64,000 nucleotides of DNA from Octopus sinensis. Taxonomy: Eukaryota. The position numbers were made by a program, and so were the translations under genes. The notes beneath the pieces are model-generated. The model was not told the DNA's origin. It did not search any database and was given only the letters and a program-made list of their open reading frames with translations. Location of the stretch: assembly GCF_006345805.1 (NCBI RefSeq), contig NC_042998.1, positions 109,926,001 to 109,990,000 on the forward strand. Direction: 5' to 3'. Below are positions 25,183 through 39,565 of the stretch, piece after piece (within the stretch, counting starts at the first letter, position 1; each line of letters opens with the position of its first letter).

Positions 25183-26726
25183 AATATATATATTATCCAT
25201 ATATATTTATATATAATGTGTGGTGTGTGTATGTTTATATGTGTGATAAGTATGCATGTAAGACATGCATGTCCATTTGATGTTGACCACATGTTTTGCG
25301 TGAAATAACAATTCGGTGTTACTCCCATCTAAACCCTTTAATTTTCCTTCAACATTTCACTGCATGATGGAGAAGATTTTGCCTCGGGTCTCTAACAATT
25401 AAGACAAGAGCGAAACAGATACCTGTGGGGTGTATAAAAACATACATACATACATGCATGTATCTGCCAACCTACCTACTTAGATACAGACGTACAGAAC
25501 CAAGTCAATGTTGATTTGCTTCTATAGAGAAAAAATGACAGCAAAAACAATGTAGCACCAGTAAAAATAAAACAGTAACAGCAGAAAAAAATAGAAATAA
25601 AAAACAAAACAAATAAAAAAACAGAAACACCACAACCTTAGCGCGAGCTACAACCAGAACAAGAAAAATAGCAACAACAGCAATAGCACCAACTCTACAC
25701 CGATTTGTATAACTAAATCGATATTAGAGGAATACACGTTTCGTAAGTTTTTATTATTATGAAGTAATAAAGACATATAACAATGTTATATATCTTGTTA
25801 ATATCATAAGATAAATAGCAAGGTATTATAAGGTAGATAGAAATGTGGAGTGGAATATAAGTTGTAGAAACGGAGAACATATCTCTGTGATGAGTAAACC
25901 GGAGAAACATAGACTATGGCTTCATGAAATGTAATCTGCTGAACATAATAGATGGATGGAAATCATCAAATTATACACTACAGAAAATAAGATAGAGACC
26001 ACTGAAATGTATGCTGTATATAGATAGAAAATAATCTGTAAATTGTAACAGAAAAGCAGGGTAGGGATACTGAATTGTAAGCTGTTGAAGGACAGATAGG
26101 ATTTAGTGAATTGTGAAATCTAGAAAGATAGGTAGGTATCACTGTATTAAAAACTGTGGAAAGAAAAGAGAAATGTTTTAGTCATTTAGGCTTATGGTGA
26201 AGGAAAATAAGAGATAATTTGCAAGAATTGATTAAAAGGACAGCTTGAGATAGTTGCTGCACGTAAGTTTTTCTTTTTGTATTTTGTATAAGTTAATCAG
26301 GGATGGAGGAGGCAGAGCCATGATCTTTCTAAGCGCTCTCGGTCTGTAGAAATCGATGTGACTCATGCCAAGCCTGAACATCTTCAGATCAATATTGCAG
26401 ACAAACAAAACGTTGCTCCGATTACGTACAACAAAATGCTATCTGCTATAAAGGATAATATTGTTTTGTAACTGTTTTGCCAATCCCGAGTTTAGTCTTG
26501 ACCATGTTGGCCTAAGAGGAAAGGCATTCAAACAACGATTATCCTATCGTTTTTTTTTGTTTAGATATTGTTAAAACTGGACTATATTTTCAAATACGTC
26601 TTTTTTTTAGCAAGACGGAAGAGTACAGTTTGAGAGATATTTCAGTACAATTTCTACCTTGTAGTGTTGCAACATAAAAGCTCTCTAAAACTGACTGCGC
26701 GTTATATCTTAATACATGAATGACTT

Positions 26727-26945
26727 GAGGTGGAGAGCTGGCAGAATCGATAGTACGCCAGGTAAAATGCTTGGGGGCATTTCATCCGTCTTTGCGTTCT
26801 GAGCTCAAACCGCACCAAGATCGACGTTGTCTTTCATCCTTTCGGTGTCGATTGAATAAGTATCAGTTGGGTACTGGGGTCGATGTGATCGACTTACACA
26901 TTTTCCCGAAATTACTGACCTTGTGCCAAAATTTGAAACCAATTG
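26727..26945 (+). mobile_element. SINE family 1 (monomeric), diverged
   Basis: GGTGGAGAGCTGGCAGAATCG head, core, GACCTTGTGCCAAAATTTGAAACC tail. Confidence 0.8.
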
Positions 26946-28168
26946 ATAAATGATTTCGTACTACGTTTTAGTGAATAAGTTGAAGCACGAGGAAAATATC
27001 GAAACCTAATTCGTCTGCAGAACTCTTACTTTTTCTTCCTGAATTTCACTGAGATTTAACCAAGATTCTATTATGTATTCAGATTTTTAATGTTTAATCA
27101 ATATCAAAATTAATTTTACCTGCACCTCTAATATATAAGATACATACACACTTACAAACACAGACACGCATATAAGCGTAAGAACAAACACATATAAATG
27201 AATACAGACACACATACAGGGACGACACATATACACCTAATTAAACACACTGAAATAGACACCTATACGCACGATTACACACACACACACATACATATAA
27301 ATACCCTTTCACTGACATATAAACACATACTCAATCACATTTCCACACACACATACACGCGCAGATAATTGATTTAGAAACTTGATACTATATTCCCCTT
27401 CACTACTCAACCAGCCACTGTAGCAGTCGCCACTGCCCCCGCTGCCGCCCCCACCACAATCACCATCGCCATCATCATCAAAAACAACTACAACAAAATC
27501 AAACCTTCCATAAATGTAGTGTTTAAATAGTTGATTATAATGTGTTAAGAGCTAATTAAATTATTGTGTACTAATGACAGAAATCAATGCGCACATTATA
27601 AAAAAAACAAACAAACATTGTTCAATTAAAAACACTGCGATAAAGGAAGAAACTGACAAAGTCTGTCCGATAATCAGAAGATGTGTGAAAGTGCGATAGA
27701 AAGAAACAACAAAAATGCAGGAGAAACGAACTGTTGAGAAAACAATAGCTATGAAGATATTGCACTAAGTCAGTATCTGCCTCCGGTTCATATATTCTTT
27801 AGATTCTAATATTTGTTGCTGAACAACTCCATTTCTTTTCTAATCGAGCCGCACCTTCTTATTAAATCACTTCTGTTTTATTGTCTTATTATGGAGTGAC
27901 TCCTTCTAATCCCAAAGATTATGAAGGCAATAATTGATATACGTATGTAAATATATTTGTGTATACGTATGTATTTGTGCATGCTTCTATATATCTGTGT
28001 GTGTGTGTGTGTGTAACCAAATATGTATTTTATTTTATACAATTATAGTATGTATATACACACATCCATATATACATATCTATATTTTATGATATACATT
28101 TTCTATAAAATAGACAGACATGTTCAAGCACAGGAATACAATACAGATGTGTGTGTGTACCTATATAT

Positions 28169-28214
<46 letters not shown>

Positions 28215-29104
28215 CAAACCCCCACACATATACATATATACGTATATACGCTCTATTATAATGTGAAGTATGCTTTCGTAAAGAATTGAAAACAAATTCT
28301 TGGAATAATTGACTATCAATAAAATGAGAATATGTGTTGATTTCTTCAGTCTTAGCATTCGAAACTTCTCACTGCATATCAGGTGAATACACACAAATAT
28401 GTTTTAAACTTTGAATTCTGTGTATGCATTTTGATATTCGATAGAAAGAACAGTTTGAAAACGAAATCGATGTTACCTCACGCAAAAAAAAAAAAACACG
28501 TATATACGCGCGCGAACACATTCCCACATAATGAAACTGAGCTAACTCAGAGTAATCAATAACTTGAATTTCGACGGCAATCATCAAAGAGAGATAGGCT
28601 AAAAACAAGCAAACGATAAATTCTTTATTCATTGAAATTATCCTCAAATTGCAATTGCAACGGATGCCGAATCAGAAATAGTAATATGCACCAGGAAATC
28701 ATGAATTTTTCCGGAGTTACAATATCACCAAGAAGAAGACAGCTTGCTTGTTTTGTCTATAGAAAAAGGACAACTCTGACTAAGTGTTCCTTCCTCAATA
28801 GGCGTAATCAGCACTGCGCCGTATTAGTAACACACCAACAAAGACATAGGGTAGAAAAATACCTGCATTTGGATGATATGCATAATTGAAGAAAAAAAAA
28901 TGTGTTAAGGGAAATAAACGAAACTGTAAAATAGAATGAGTATGTGGATCAAAGATGAAAAACCAGTTACTGCATACCCGACAACATAAATTCTTTATGT
29001 ATAACAATTATCTTCCGTTCGTAACACAGTAGATAAAAACCTCATCTACTGCATCGCATTCGCACACGCACATATGCGTGTCTGAGTTTGCATATACATA
29101 TATA

Positions 29105-29464
29105 TATATTCCTTTAATTGTTTCAGTCAGTTGACTGCAGCCATGCTGGTGCACCGCCTTAAGTCGAACAAATATTGACCCCAGGACTTATTCTTAGTAA
29201 GCCTAGTATTTAGTCTATCGGTCTCTTTTGCAGCACTGCTAAGTACGCAAACATACAAGCAACGGTTGTCAAGCGGTGATGGGGGGGGGGCAAACACAGA
29301 CACACAAACATACACACACACAGACACACACATGCACACACACACACATACATACACACACACACACACACATATATGACAAGATTCTTTCAGTTTCCGT
29401 CTACCAAATCTACTCACAAAGCTTTGGTCGGCCCGAGGCTACAGTAGAAGACACTGTCCCAAGG
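29105..29464 (-). mobile_element. SINE family 2, 5'-truncated
   Basis: Tail, internal (CA)n and core complements; joined directly to the mariner at about 29464. Confidence 0.8.
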
Positions 29465-30387
29465 TATGTGGCCAATCATTATCCTGATGGAAGAAACCTT
29501 TCGTCTTGAAACCAAAAAATGGTCATTTTCTTTCTAGTGCTGATTTAAACCGCCCAAGCTGCTCGCAGTAGATCTTCTTTGTTATCGTTTGGTTAGGGTT
29601 TAAAAGTTCAAAGTAGACTAAACCTTTCATATCCCACCAAACCGATAACAACATTCTACGTCGGTGAAGTCCTTCTTTAGCCTGGAATGCCGGTATTTCT
29701 CCTTTCTCTACCCACTATCTTCGGCGTTTAACATTTTTATAGAGAACGCATTTCTCGTCACAGGTTACTATTCGGCCCAAAAAGTTCATTCGTGAGACGT
29801 GACAGCAAAGAAGAGCACACATCCACTCACTGCCCGCGATTAGACTGGAAAAGTTTGTGAGGAACCCATTGACCCAATTTGCTGACTTTTCCGATGGCAT
29901 GCAGGTATCGATTAATGGTTGAATGTCCAAATCCAAACTTCTCTGGTAGTTCCCCAATAGTTACGATGGCATTTTGTTCCTTCAGGGTTTGCAGGACATC
30001 CTCGCTGAGCTATACAGATCTTCCAGGACGAGGCTCATCTTCTAGGCTGTAGTTTCTGTCTCGGAGTTTCTGAAACCACTGTTAACACTGGCTTACGCTT
30101 ATTGTTCGATCCCTACATACTGCATTAATATTCCTTTCACTTTCCGTTGCGTTGTTGCATTTATTGAACTCGAAAAGCAAATATGCTTCTTTGTTGCTTC
30201 CTTTGTAGCTTTGGAAAAAATAACTGTTAAAATCGAACTGCACTCTTCAAAACCTGCACTAAGAATAAGTAAAAAGGTAAAATTACTATCTGGTTTTACA
30301 GCAAGTTGACGCACGCAGTTTACTCCGTCCCTCTCCGACTTTTAGTTGATGCAATTGAAAAAACCGTGGTATTTATGGAATGACTCA

Positions 30388-30390
<3 letters not shown>
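29465..30390 (-). mobile_element. Mariner element, 5' TIR plus about two thirds of a decayed transposase
   Basis: TIR TATTGAGTCATTCCATAAATA at 30390. Motifs SLEDEPRPGRS, WVPHKL (29852-29869), IVTCDEK, SVWWDMKGLVYFELL and FHQDN; the third catalytic D region is missing. Confidence 0.92.
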
Positions 30391-30421
<31 letters not shown>

Positions 30422-30438
30422 TATATATATATATTATA

Positions 30439-30504
<66 letters not shown>

Positions 30505-30664
30505 ATATATGTATATATATATATATATATGTATGTGTATGTGTGTGTGTCTGTGAGTATGTACATACACACACATATATGTATGCATCTATAAGTACAA
30601 TGCAATTTGTTTCTTTGGGGATTGCATTTCAACAATGATCTTCCAGTATTATTTTCTATATAAG

Positions 30665-30880
30665 GACATTGATCTGGTAGAATGGTTAGCGTGTTGAACA
30701 AAATGCTTTGCAGCATTTCTTCCGGCCCTTTACGTTCTGAGTATAAATTTTGCAGAGGTCAACTTCGCCTTTCATTCTTTCGGAGTATATATAATAAGCA
30801 CTAGTTTAACTTTGAGGTCAATCCACTTATACCCTTCCCTAAAATTTCTACCCTGGTGTCAAAATTTTAAACCAGCATGA
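30665..30880 (+). mobile_element. SINE family 1, old copy
   Basis: GATCTGGTAGAATGGTTAGC head, TTACGTTCTGAG and GGTCAACTTCGCCTTTCATTCTTTCGG core. Confidence 0.7.
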
Positions 30881-31141
30881 CCATGGAAATATCAGCACGA
30901 GTGCTAAAAGGCTAGAAAAGTTAGTTTTACTATAAGCACAGCGAATAGGAATTAGAGGTTACCTTAATGCTTTGGGAGTAGTTCTTCATTGTCAGAAGTA
31001 AAAGAAATAAAATTGTAAGAGAAAAAAATAAGTTTACATCATATTGAGCTTGAGCGGAGTAAGGTGTATAACAGGGTTTACAACACAGAAAAGCAAAGGT
31101 AAGGCTGATGCAGTCATACACACACACACACACACACACAA

Positions 31142-31172
<31 letters not shown>

Positions 31173-31752
31173 CACAAACACACGCTCACACCCACACACA
31201 GAGATTATTGTGTATATATATATATATATATATTGTAATTTGGGATGGTCATTTTTGCCAAATAAACACACACGCTATATATTCGTTCTTCACTCGTTTA
31301 TTGCTGTTCTTATTATGACTCATGTGCATTATCCGGAAATCTTTCGTCCCACATCTGTGGCCTCCTCAGCGAAACTTTTCGTCATTCTGTGTGCTCTCTC
31401 TCTCTCTGTGCTTATTCCAATAAGAAAATGGAGAGGATACAAAAAGACATGCATCATTCGGTAGACATTCCAGGGTGTCTATTTATTCCAAAGCATTAGA
31501 AAGTATTAGGAGAAAATACACACATGCAGTAACTATGTGTTACATACACATGTATTGATATTATAGAAAAGAGAAAAAAGTCAGCTCCTCCCCTTTCACT
31601 CTTTTCTGATTTTGATATTAATGCATGTGTATGTCTCGTGCTAATACTTTCTAATACTTAGGAATAAATAGTCACACTGGAAGGTCTACCGGATGATGTA
31701 TGTCTTTTTGTATCCTCTCCATTTTCTTATTTGCTCCATATGTATATATATG

Positions 31753-31793
<41 letters not shown>

Positions 31794-31806
31794 ATGTGTG
31801 TGTATG

Positions 31807-31842
<36 letters not shown>

Positions 31843-31898
31843 TGTATATATATGTATATATATATATATTATGTATGTAATTATAATATGTATATATA

Positions 31899-31950
<52 letters not shown>

Positions 31951-32122
31951 GCATGTATATGCATATATATGTATGTATGATTATATATATATATATATAT
32001 ATATATATACTGTAAATATATATCGATCGAGCTATATATATATATCGATATATCGATCTATTTTATATATGTAAACACACACACATATATATATGTACAC
32101 ATACAGATATATATGTATGTAT

Positions 32123-32220
<98 letters not shown>

Positions 32221-32488
32221 CAAATGAGATAACAAAGCGAATGCTGTCAGTAGTTTGTAGGACGTTTATAAGGCAAAATATATATAGTCTTACAGCTGTA
32301 AGACCACATTTATAACATTTTCTTTATAAATGTCCTGAAAACTACTCACAGCCTTGGCTTTGTTATCTAATTCTGTCCATTATATATGTGCATAAGACTC
32401 CTCACTCGTATCACTACCGAACCAAGAGTTTAACTACGATCTGTCCATAACGTTAGCTGTCACACTTTGGGTCTTCTAGATCTCTCTT

Positions 32489-32523
<35 letters not shown>

Positions 32524-34659
32524 ACACACACACACGTATATATATGTATGTATATATATATGGGTTATGAGAGGTAATGGTGTCAGTAACATCAACAGGT
32601 GTCAGGTAATGCTGAGTAAGTGCTATGGATAGACCATAGTTAAGCTCCAGGTTCGGTGATTATGCGAATAAGGAGTCCAATATTTGGTATTTTATCTAAA
32701 CTAACTATTGCTTTACCATCTTCTCACACCGTCTCCCATGAAGAGATATAATAAATATCCTGGACACAGGTGTAAGACCTATTTATAAATGTTCTAAACT
32801 TTTCATAGCCTTGTTTTTTTTTATCTCGTTCTGAAATTTTTTTATATATATGAGATAATTGATGTAAACACAAGTATAAATTATCAATTCCTACGTACAT
32901 TGACCATTGCAGTTATTTAGAATTCAGCATTGGATGAGTCAAGTGCCTGACTGAAATAGATCCATCAGGGGAACACTTTATTGCATTCTGTTACAGAGAT
33001 CCAATATGTATATGTGTCAATGTATCGTGCATAAAGGTGTGTATCCAACTATACAATACTTTGTACAATACATTGACACACATATGCATGTATATACACA
33101 CATTCATCTACCCAGATTTTGTTACATAAAACTGAAGCACTTCACAGTTATGTCATATAAGGAAACATTAAACTGCATCCCATATTAAATGTCCCGAATA
33201 TATAATTTCTAGATTTTCGAATTGTGTTTCATTCCTTTATGATTTACTACTTATTAATCAATATTTATTTCATTTTGTCAGATTTCAAATATTACACCTC
33301 CTAATTGCATTCCAAGCCATCGCTAATGATTGAAATGTTGAAAATCTTGTAAAATTATGAAGGTAACGGCGGTAAAACCCCTATTAAAGATAGCAAACCG
33401 TTCATTTAATGTCAATAGTATGTTATTAAGTGGAATCTTCATTCATGGAATTTTCACTCCGTTTTGAGATTTTGCTAGTAAAATTCAACTTTTAGTATTA
33501 AAAAATTAAAATTCTATTTTTAAAGTTCCATTTTAAGGTACAATTTCAGCAGCGCGCTAAATTCCTTATAATTTGAGAGGACTGATTATTGCATGTTAGT
33601 GCTACAGCAGCAACGTACGAAAACGCCAGAAAGAGAAATAGTAACAGCAACAACGAAAACAACTTTAAAAACATTTTCAGAAATTGTAAAATTATAATTG
33701 AAAAATTGTGATCTGGGAAAGGCAATAACCACCACAGCAGCTCAAATAATGGTTTATTGTACAAAGGCGGCTCTATAGAGTCTCTCGACCTACTAGAGAT
33801 ATCAACAAAAAGGAGAAAGACACATTGCATAATGTGGTACTTATTGTGTGTTCTAATGAAAGAATGTATTTAACTGTACAAAAAACCCCCAAAACCAAAA
33901 AAAAACCCCACAACACGGTAAAATACAAGAGTCATCTCTTTATTTGATCTTTATGCATTAAAGTGCATTGCATTAAAGTGCATGTTCCTTAGCAGATATT
34001 AGCCATGTTCGCTCAGTTATCACATCGATATTTTCACCGCTCACGAATTGTTTAGCCCAGTGACAGCCTTGGCTGAAGAGACGTATGGCCAAAGGCATTG
34101 CAGCCACGATCATACTGCATTCTTTCCAGACGTATCAAATTCAATATTACTATAGCGCAAGAGTTATTTCCTTTACATAGGAAATATGTGTAAGAATTCA
34201 GAGAGAGGAATATAGGTGGCTTCATAGGATTCTAGTTTAACATAGGATTGTAGCTTAAAGGGAAAATGCAGACATACACACATACACGCATGCTTATGCA
34301 TAGATAAAAGAAGGAAATCCTCCCACACACACAGACACGCACGCATGCACACGCATTTTCATGCTTGGATTTGTAAACTACAGTAAGAATAACACTGGTC
34401 AACAAAGAATTTGTCCGAAGAAAAAGAATACCTGTAACTTATATGTTTTTTCACGCAGATTTCAAAGATAAAGTCAAATTGCCTGTATTAAGTTCACATA
34501 TTCCATTCACCTTCACAATGCCAAGAAATTGTATAAACAACGCAAACAACTTTTGCTATATATGAAAAATATGTAAAATTTTAAGACAATTGGCGAAAAA
34601 TACCTATAATAAATTTCTAATTGATAAATATAAATTTTTATTAAAACCAAATACTCGAG

Positions 34660-34947
34660 TGAAGTAAATCTCGTGGTGTGAAGATTCAACACAGCATACG
34701 GGTGGAACACAACACAATGTGCGGTTGTCATGGTAACAAGCTGTTTATGCCTCGCTGTCTGTTGATTGGCAAAATTTACCCAAATTTCCCAACTTTAATT
34801 CCAAATAACGTCAGATTCTTTAACATACGAGATAAAGTAATTCGTTGATCGTATTCAAAATTCAGAGTTGCATCGATATACCAAAATTGAAAACATTTTG
34901 AGCAAAATTAAAGGGGGCTCATTTTGCGAATGAAAAAAACTAGATCC
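34660..34947 (+). mobile_element. Partial (right-hand) copy of the TIR element at 39566-40195
   Basis: About 290 bp clearly homologous to 39905-40195, ending ATTTTGCGAATGAAAAAAACTAGATCC. Confidence 0.75.
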
Positions 34948-35509
34948 TCAGCTATAAAAAACAGCCTATAAAACATAAACGGAAGAGCGATGAAAATCTA
35001 CTTGCAGAGCATCTTCTAGGTTACAGAAACCACGTGGTTCCAGTGTCATCGTCGACTTCCAGTTTTTACCCCATCCAAGAGATTTTTAAACCATGCTTAT
35101 AAACAATTATTTAAAAGAAAATTTGCGTTGCGATACATCTTTAATAAAGGACTATTTATTATGCATACACGTTACTAAGATATATATCGTATGTCATGTA
35201 CATGTGTAAGTATGCGCGTATTTACGTGTTCATAGGTAGACAGACTTACATAGACAGATCAGAAGGAAACAAGAAAGAACAGTTTTAGCTCAAAATATCT
35301 GACGAATCGTGTGTGTTTTCCTGTACCTCGATAAAACTTAATGTAATCTGATCGAATATATCTACACACACATACACGCACGTAGACATATACTCACTCA
35401 CATACTCACACATACACTCACATATATATATATAAACGATGCTCATCACTCGGAAGTAAAAATAATTAAAAGCAGAAACTACGCTTTCGCTAATTGTCTG
35501 CTCATGTAG

Positions 35510-35568
35510 GCGAGAGCGAAGACAGCGACGCTCGAGTTATTACCTACACGACCGGGTGGAACATACAG
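35510..35568 (+). CDS. Candidate coding exon (ESEDSDARVITYTTGWNIQ), phase 1-0
   Basis: Acceptor TGTCTGCTCATGTAG, donor CAG/GTGCGC; GC-rich island in AT-rich flanks, frame stays open a further 27 codons. Confidence 0.3.
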
Positions 35569-35912
35569 GTGCGCAGTCCAGCAGGATACATCAACAATGA
35601 TGTTATAATTCACTTCTTAATTGATGGTGAAGTTTACCTCTATGGCATTTGAATTCCTTGTGCAGAAAATCAAAACAAAGACAACTGCGTATTAACAGCT
35701 GATGGAAAACTAAAAGAAGATAGGAAATGTCCACCTGTTACCTAATCCAGAGCGTATAGTTTTTATTTTTAAACGGAACTATATGACTGACATGGTGTTA
35801 CCCACAGCATGTACATCTCCTCTTTCCATGAGTGCCTCGTGAAAATAAAAGATCGGTAATTGCAATCGTTTTCAGCATACATATACACACATGTATGCCT
35901 ACCTACTACATG

Positions 35913-35950
<38 letters not shown>

Positions 35951-36019
35951 CACACACGTAAATATAAATTTTCTTCGTTTCTTAACCTACACAGAATTCG
36001 TGTGTTTACCCACAACACT

Positions 36020-36020
36020 A

Positions 36021-36118
<98 letters not shown>

Positions 36119-36243
36119 AATAAATAAACACTGGTAACTATACGGGTTGGGGGGAAAAGGAGACAGTCAGAGAGAGACAAGAATGAGAGATAGATAGATA
36201 GATATATAGATGGATAGCTAGCTAGCTAGATAGATAGAAAGAT

Positions 36244-36322
<79 letters not shown>
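36020..36322. repeat. (TCTA)n array followed by (GATA)n and (GA)n arrays
   Basis: Direct reading. Confidence 0.95.
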
Positions 36323-36326
<4 letters not shown>

Positions 36327-36596
36327 CAGAGTCAAAGAAAACATCTGTTGCGTGCTGCAAAACAAAAAAAGGAAACTATAGAAGTATTCAAATGTACAGA
36401 TATAGAAAGAAAGATATATTGATTAATATTTGTAAAGAGAAGGAACAATAATTTGTAAGAACACAAGTATAGATGCACAACACAAAGTCACACGTATATA
36501 CGCATATAGAAGTTTATTGGCGATCATAGATACACACACTCACCTGTGTGTGTGCGTCTGTGTATATATAAGTGTGTGTGTGTGTGTGTGTATGTA

Positions 36597-36669
<73 letters not shown>

Positions 36670-36674
36670 TACTC

Positions 36675-36752
36675 TACCGTTCTCTTTTGCCGAACCGTGT
36701 GAACATAAACAATTCGGCACCGGTTGTCAAGCAGTGGTGGTAGGCAAACACA

Positions 36753-36818
<66 letters not shown>

Positions 36819-37035
36819 ACACACACACATACACACACACAAACATACACACACACACACACACACACACGACGACAACGATCTTTTAATTTCCGTGTCC
36901 GAAAACCACTCACAAGTTTTGGGTCGTTTTGCTCGGCCTGAGGCTATAGTAGAAGACACTCGTCCAAGGTAGTACGCTGTGTGACTGAATCCTGAACCAT
37001 GGGTTTGGCAGGCGAACTCCTTATCACAGAGCCAC
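36675..37035 (-). mobile_element. SINE family 2, degenerate, with a long internal (CA)n
   Basis: GGTTGTCAAGC, CCACTCACAAG and GAGGCTATAGTAGAAGACAC complements. Confidence 0.75.
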
Positions 37036-37074
37036 ATGTAAATATAAACATATATATATGTAACTAAATATAAC

Positions 37075-37255
37075 TTTTACTTGTTTCTGCCATTCGACTG
37101 CGGCCATGGTGGTGTCCCACCTTGAAGCGTTTTACCCAAACAAATCAACATCGTTCCTTGTTTTTAAAGTCTGTTACTTATTCTAACGGTGTCTTTTGCC
37201 GAAGCACTATGTTGCAGGGACGTAAATAAACCAACACCAGTTGTCAAGCTGTAGG
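37075..37255 (-). mobile_element. SINE family 2, 3' part
   Basis: TTTACTTGTTTC...GACTGCGGCCATGGTGGTG tail complement. Confidence 0.65.
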
Positions 37256-37605
37256 AAAAAAAACATACACAGTGAGACACATATACGTATATATACGCAT
37301 ACACACACACTCATATACATATTTATACATTATTTAATACACACACACGTACACCCACATACACACACATTCACACACGCAGATATGACACATGTCTTAT
37401 GTTTGCTTCCCAACCACATGGTTTCGAGTGCACTCCCACTGCACGACACTTTGGGCAAATGTCAATCACTATAGCTCTACCTAACTAAAGTATTGCGAGC
37501 ATTTGATAGGCGGAGACAACAACGCGAGGACACTCAGGGAAGGAAAGAAAGGATGTTTTACGCTTATACACATACGTTCATACATATATATATATTATAT
37601 ATATA

Positions 37606-37640
<35 letters not shown>

Positions 37641-38179
37641 CAACAAGCTTCTTTCAATTTCCGTCTCCGAAATCCACTCACATATGCATACAAATGAATA
37701 ATGACATACGATGTCAGCTCATCACAGCTGCTTCTTACGCATCTTTTTAATAGAAGAATGAGAACATTACAACATTACAAAAATCATCAGATGAAACGTA
37801 ATTTTACAAGCAAAAGAATATCCCAAGAATACAGCATGGACGTGGTTGAAGTATTTCGAGGCCAACTGTGAAATGGGAGAATGACCAGCAAACTTGACCG
37901 TTGAGGTTAAGAATATAGTTTGTGAAAGGGTGTAACATGATATCTAAGGTCAGCGACCCGGCTGAGATAGGATCTACTAGACTGGTTCTTAGGTAGGCTG
38001 GAGTGAGGTGTAGGTGATGTTTTATTATAGTAGGCTTAGAGCAGTGGGTGGTTGAGAGAGGACCTAAGATAGATTAAGGATAAAGAAAGAAAGCAAAGGT
38101 AAGAAAAAATAAATGCATACATGCCAATTAGGTAGAGAGTCGGGGATTAGGATTCGCTAGCTAAGGTTAAAGGAAAAAG

Positions 38180-39430
38180 GGGGGGGGGGCGGAGATACAC
38201 AGAATTTAGGGGTATTCTGTGGATATTGGTTGAAAGTTGGAGGAGAGTACAAAGGCAATTGAATAATAAGATCTAACTTTTAAAGAAATGTAGTGTTAAG
38301 CGCGAATGATTTATCTTATATGGTAGAAAGATGTAGGGTGTTGTTTTAGATATGAATATGTATATGGGTTAGTGGGGATCGCTTGAAATATTAGAACATG
38401 TTTGTCTGGAGAGGAAAAACCTGGTAGCAATGGTAGAGTACTACTTATCATCAAGGCGTTTAAAGAAAAAGTGGGGTTATATAATATACTGCACCTTGTA
38501 CGGAGTTTGAGGAAACACCAGATCGGATATCAGAGAAAGCCAGCAGTAGGGTCTCCGTTACAACATCACATTTAGAAACCACATTTACTGCTAGACATCG
38601 ACAAAAGAGCGGATATAATATTATATCTAAACAATTGCACCCAATATTTTCTAAGACTTGAAATTTATTATTACGGGTACGCGATCCAACGTTATTATGG
38701 CGTAATAGTTCACGCTCGCAAGAACTACAGGTGTTCGCATGGTTGTTACTGGGGTTTATATTACTAGGATCAATACTGTTATAATTAATTGTCGACCCCA
38801 GGGTTTGAGAATGTTGGTACTGCGCATTGTCGTAAGAGGTTTGACTTTCAAATAGTGACACTAGAGGCCAAAGTTTCAGCACTGGTGTTAGTTTTCTGTG
38901 CGATTAGCATATCAACATGACTGGAAGTAGATGGGCAGGTCCTTACAGATAGCGGATAGAGTGTTAGGGCTGTAGGGAGTGGTATACGATATGGTGTGAA
39001 CTTAAGCTAGTAGAATCCGTACTGCTGCCACCATTAGTATTTGTGTTAGAGTTGTTACAGCTGCTATCCCCTTTAGTGGCAGGCTGACTGATGCCGGTAT
39101 TATAATATCTACTAACTGAAAGGACTTGCTCTGTGATGGTATTGTTGTATACAGTATTAGTGACGACTGAAATAGCAGTGATAGGATGAATATTAATATT
39201 ATTATTGTTGTTATTCTTATTTCGATTTTTATGAGGAACGGTGCTGTTACAGGTATTATTAATACTCCGGGCCATTTATACGTGTTTCTTATTCATGCCA
39301 TCTATAGTTGTACCTAAAGTGGGAAGTGTTGAGTTGGAGGCCCTAACGTTTCTACGGGTGAATAAATGGTAATACTTGTGTGAAGGAGGGAAATTGTGCT
39401 TTAGTATGCTAAATAATTTTCTACCTATAT
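38180..39430 (-). mobile_element. Penelope-like element fragment (RT C-terminus, N/S/T-rich linker, GIY-YIG endonuclease), decayed
   Basis: Minus 39415-39277 reads LFSILKHNFPPSHKYYHLFTRRNVRASNSTLPTLGTTIDGMNKKHV, resembling the PLE HFP.SHKLHKIFNRN.VK.SYS.M.N...I..HNKK motif. Downstream CSSCERELL...IGCNCLDIILYPLFCRC...KCDVVTETLLLAFSDIRS resembles the PLE Cys linker and GIY-YIG domain. Confidence 0.7.
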
Positions 39431-39565
39431 TATTATCTATTATGTAATTGAAGGGATGGTTATACTATGTTATTTGTTGTTCTATACAGAGACGATGCTC
39501 TCTTTGTCATACACACTAACAGCAAGGATATACTAGAAAGAACACGCAAAAAAATTAGAAAATTC

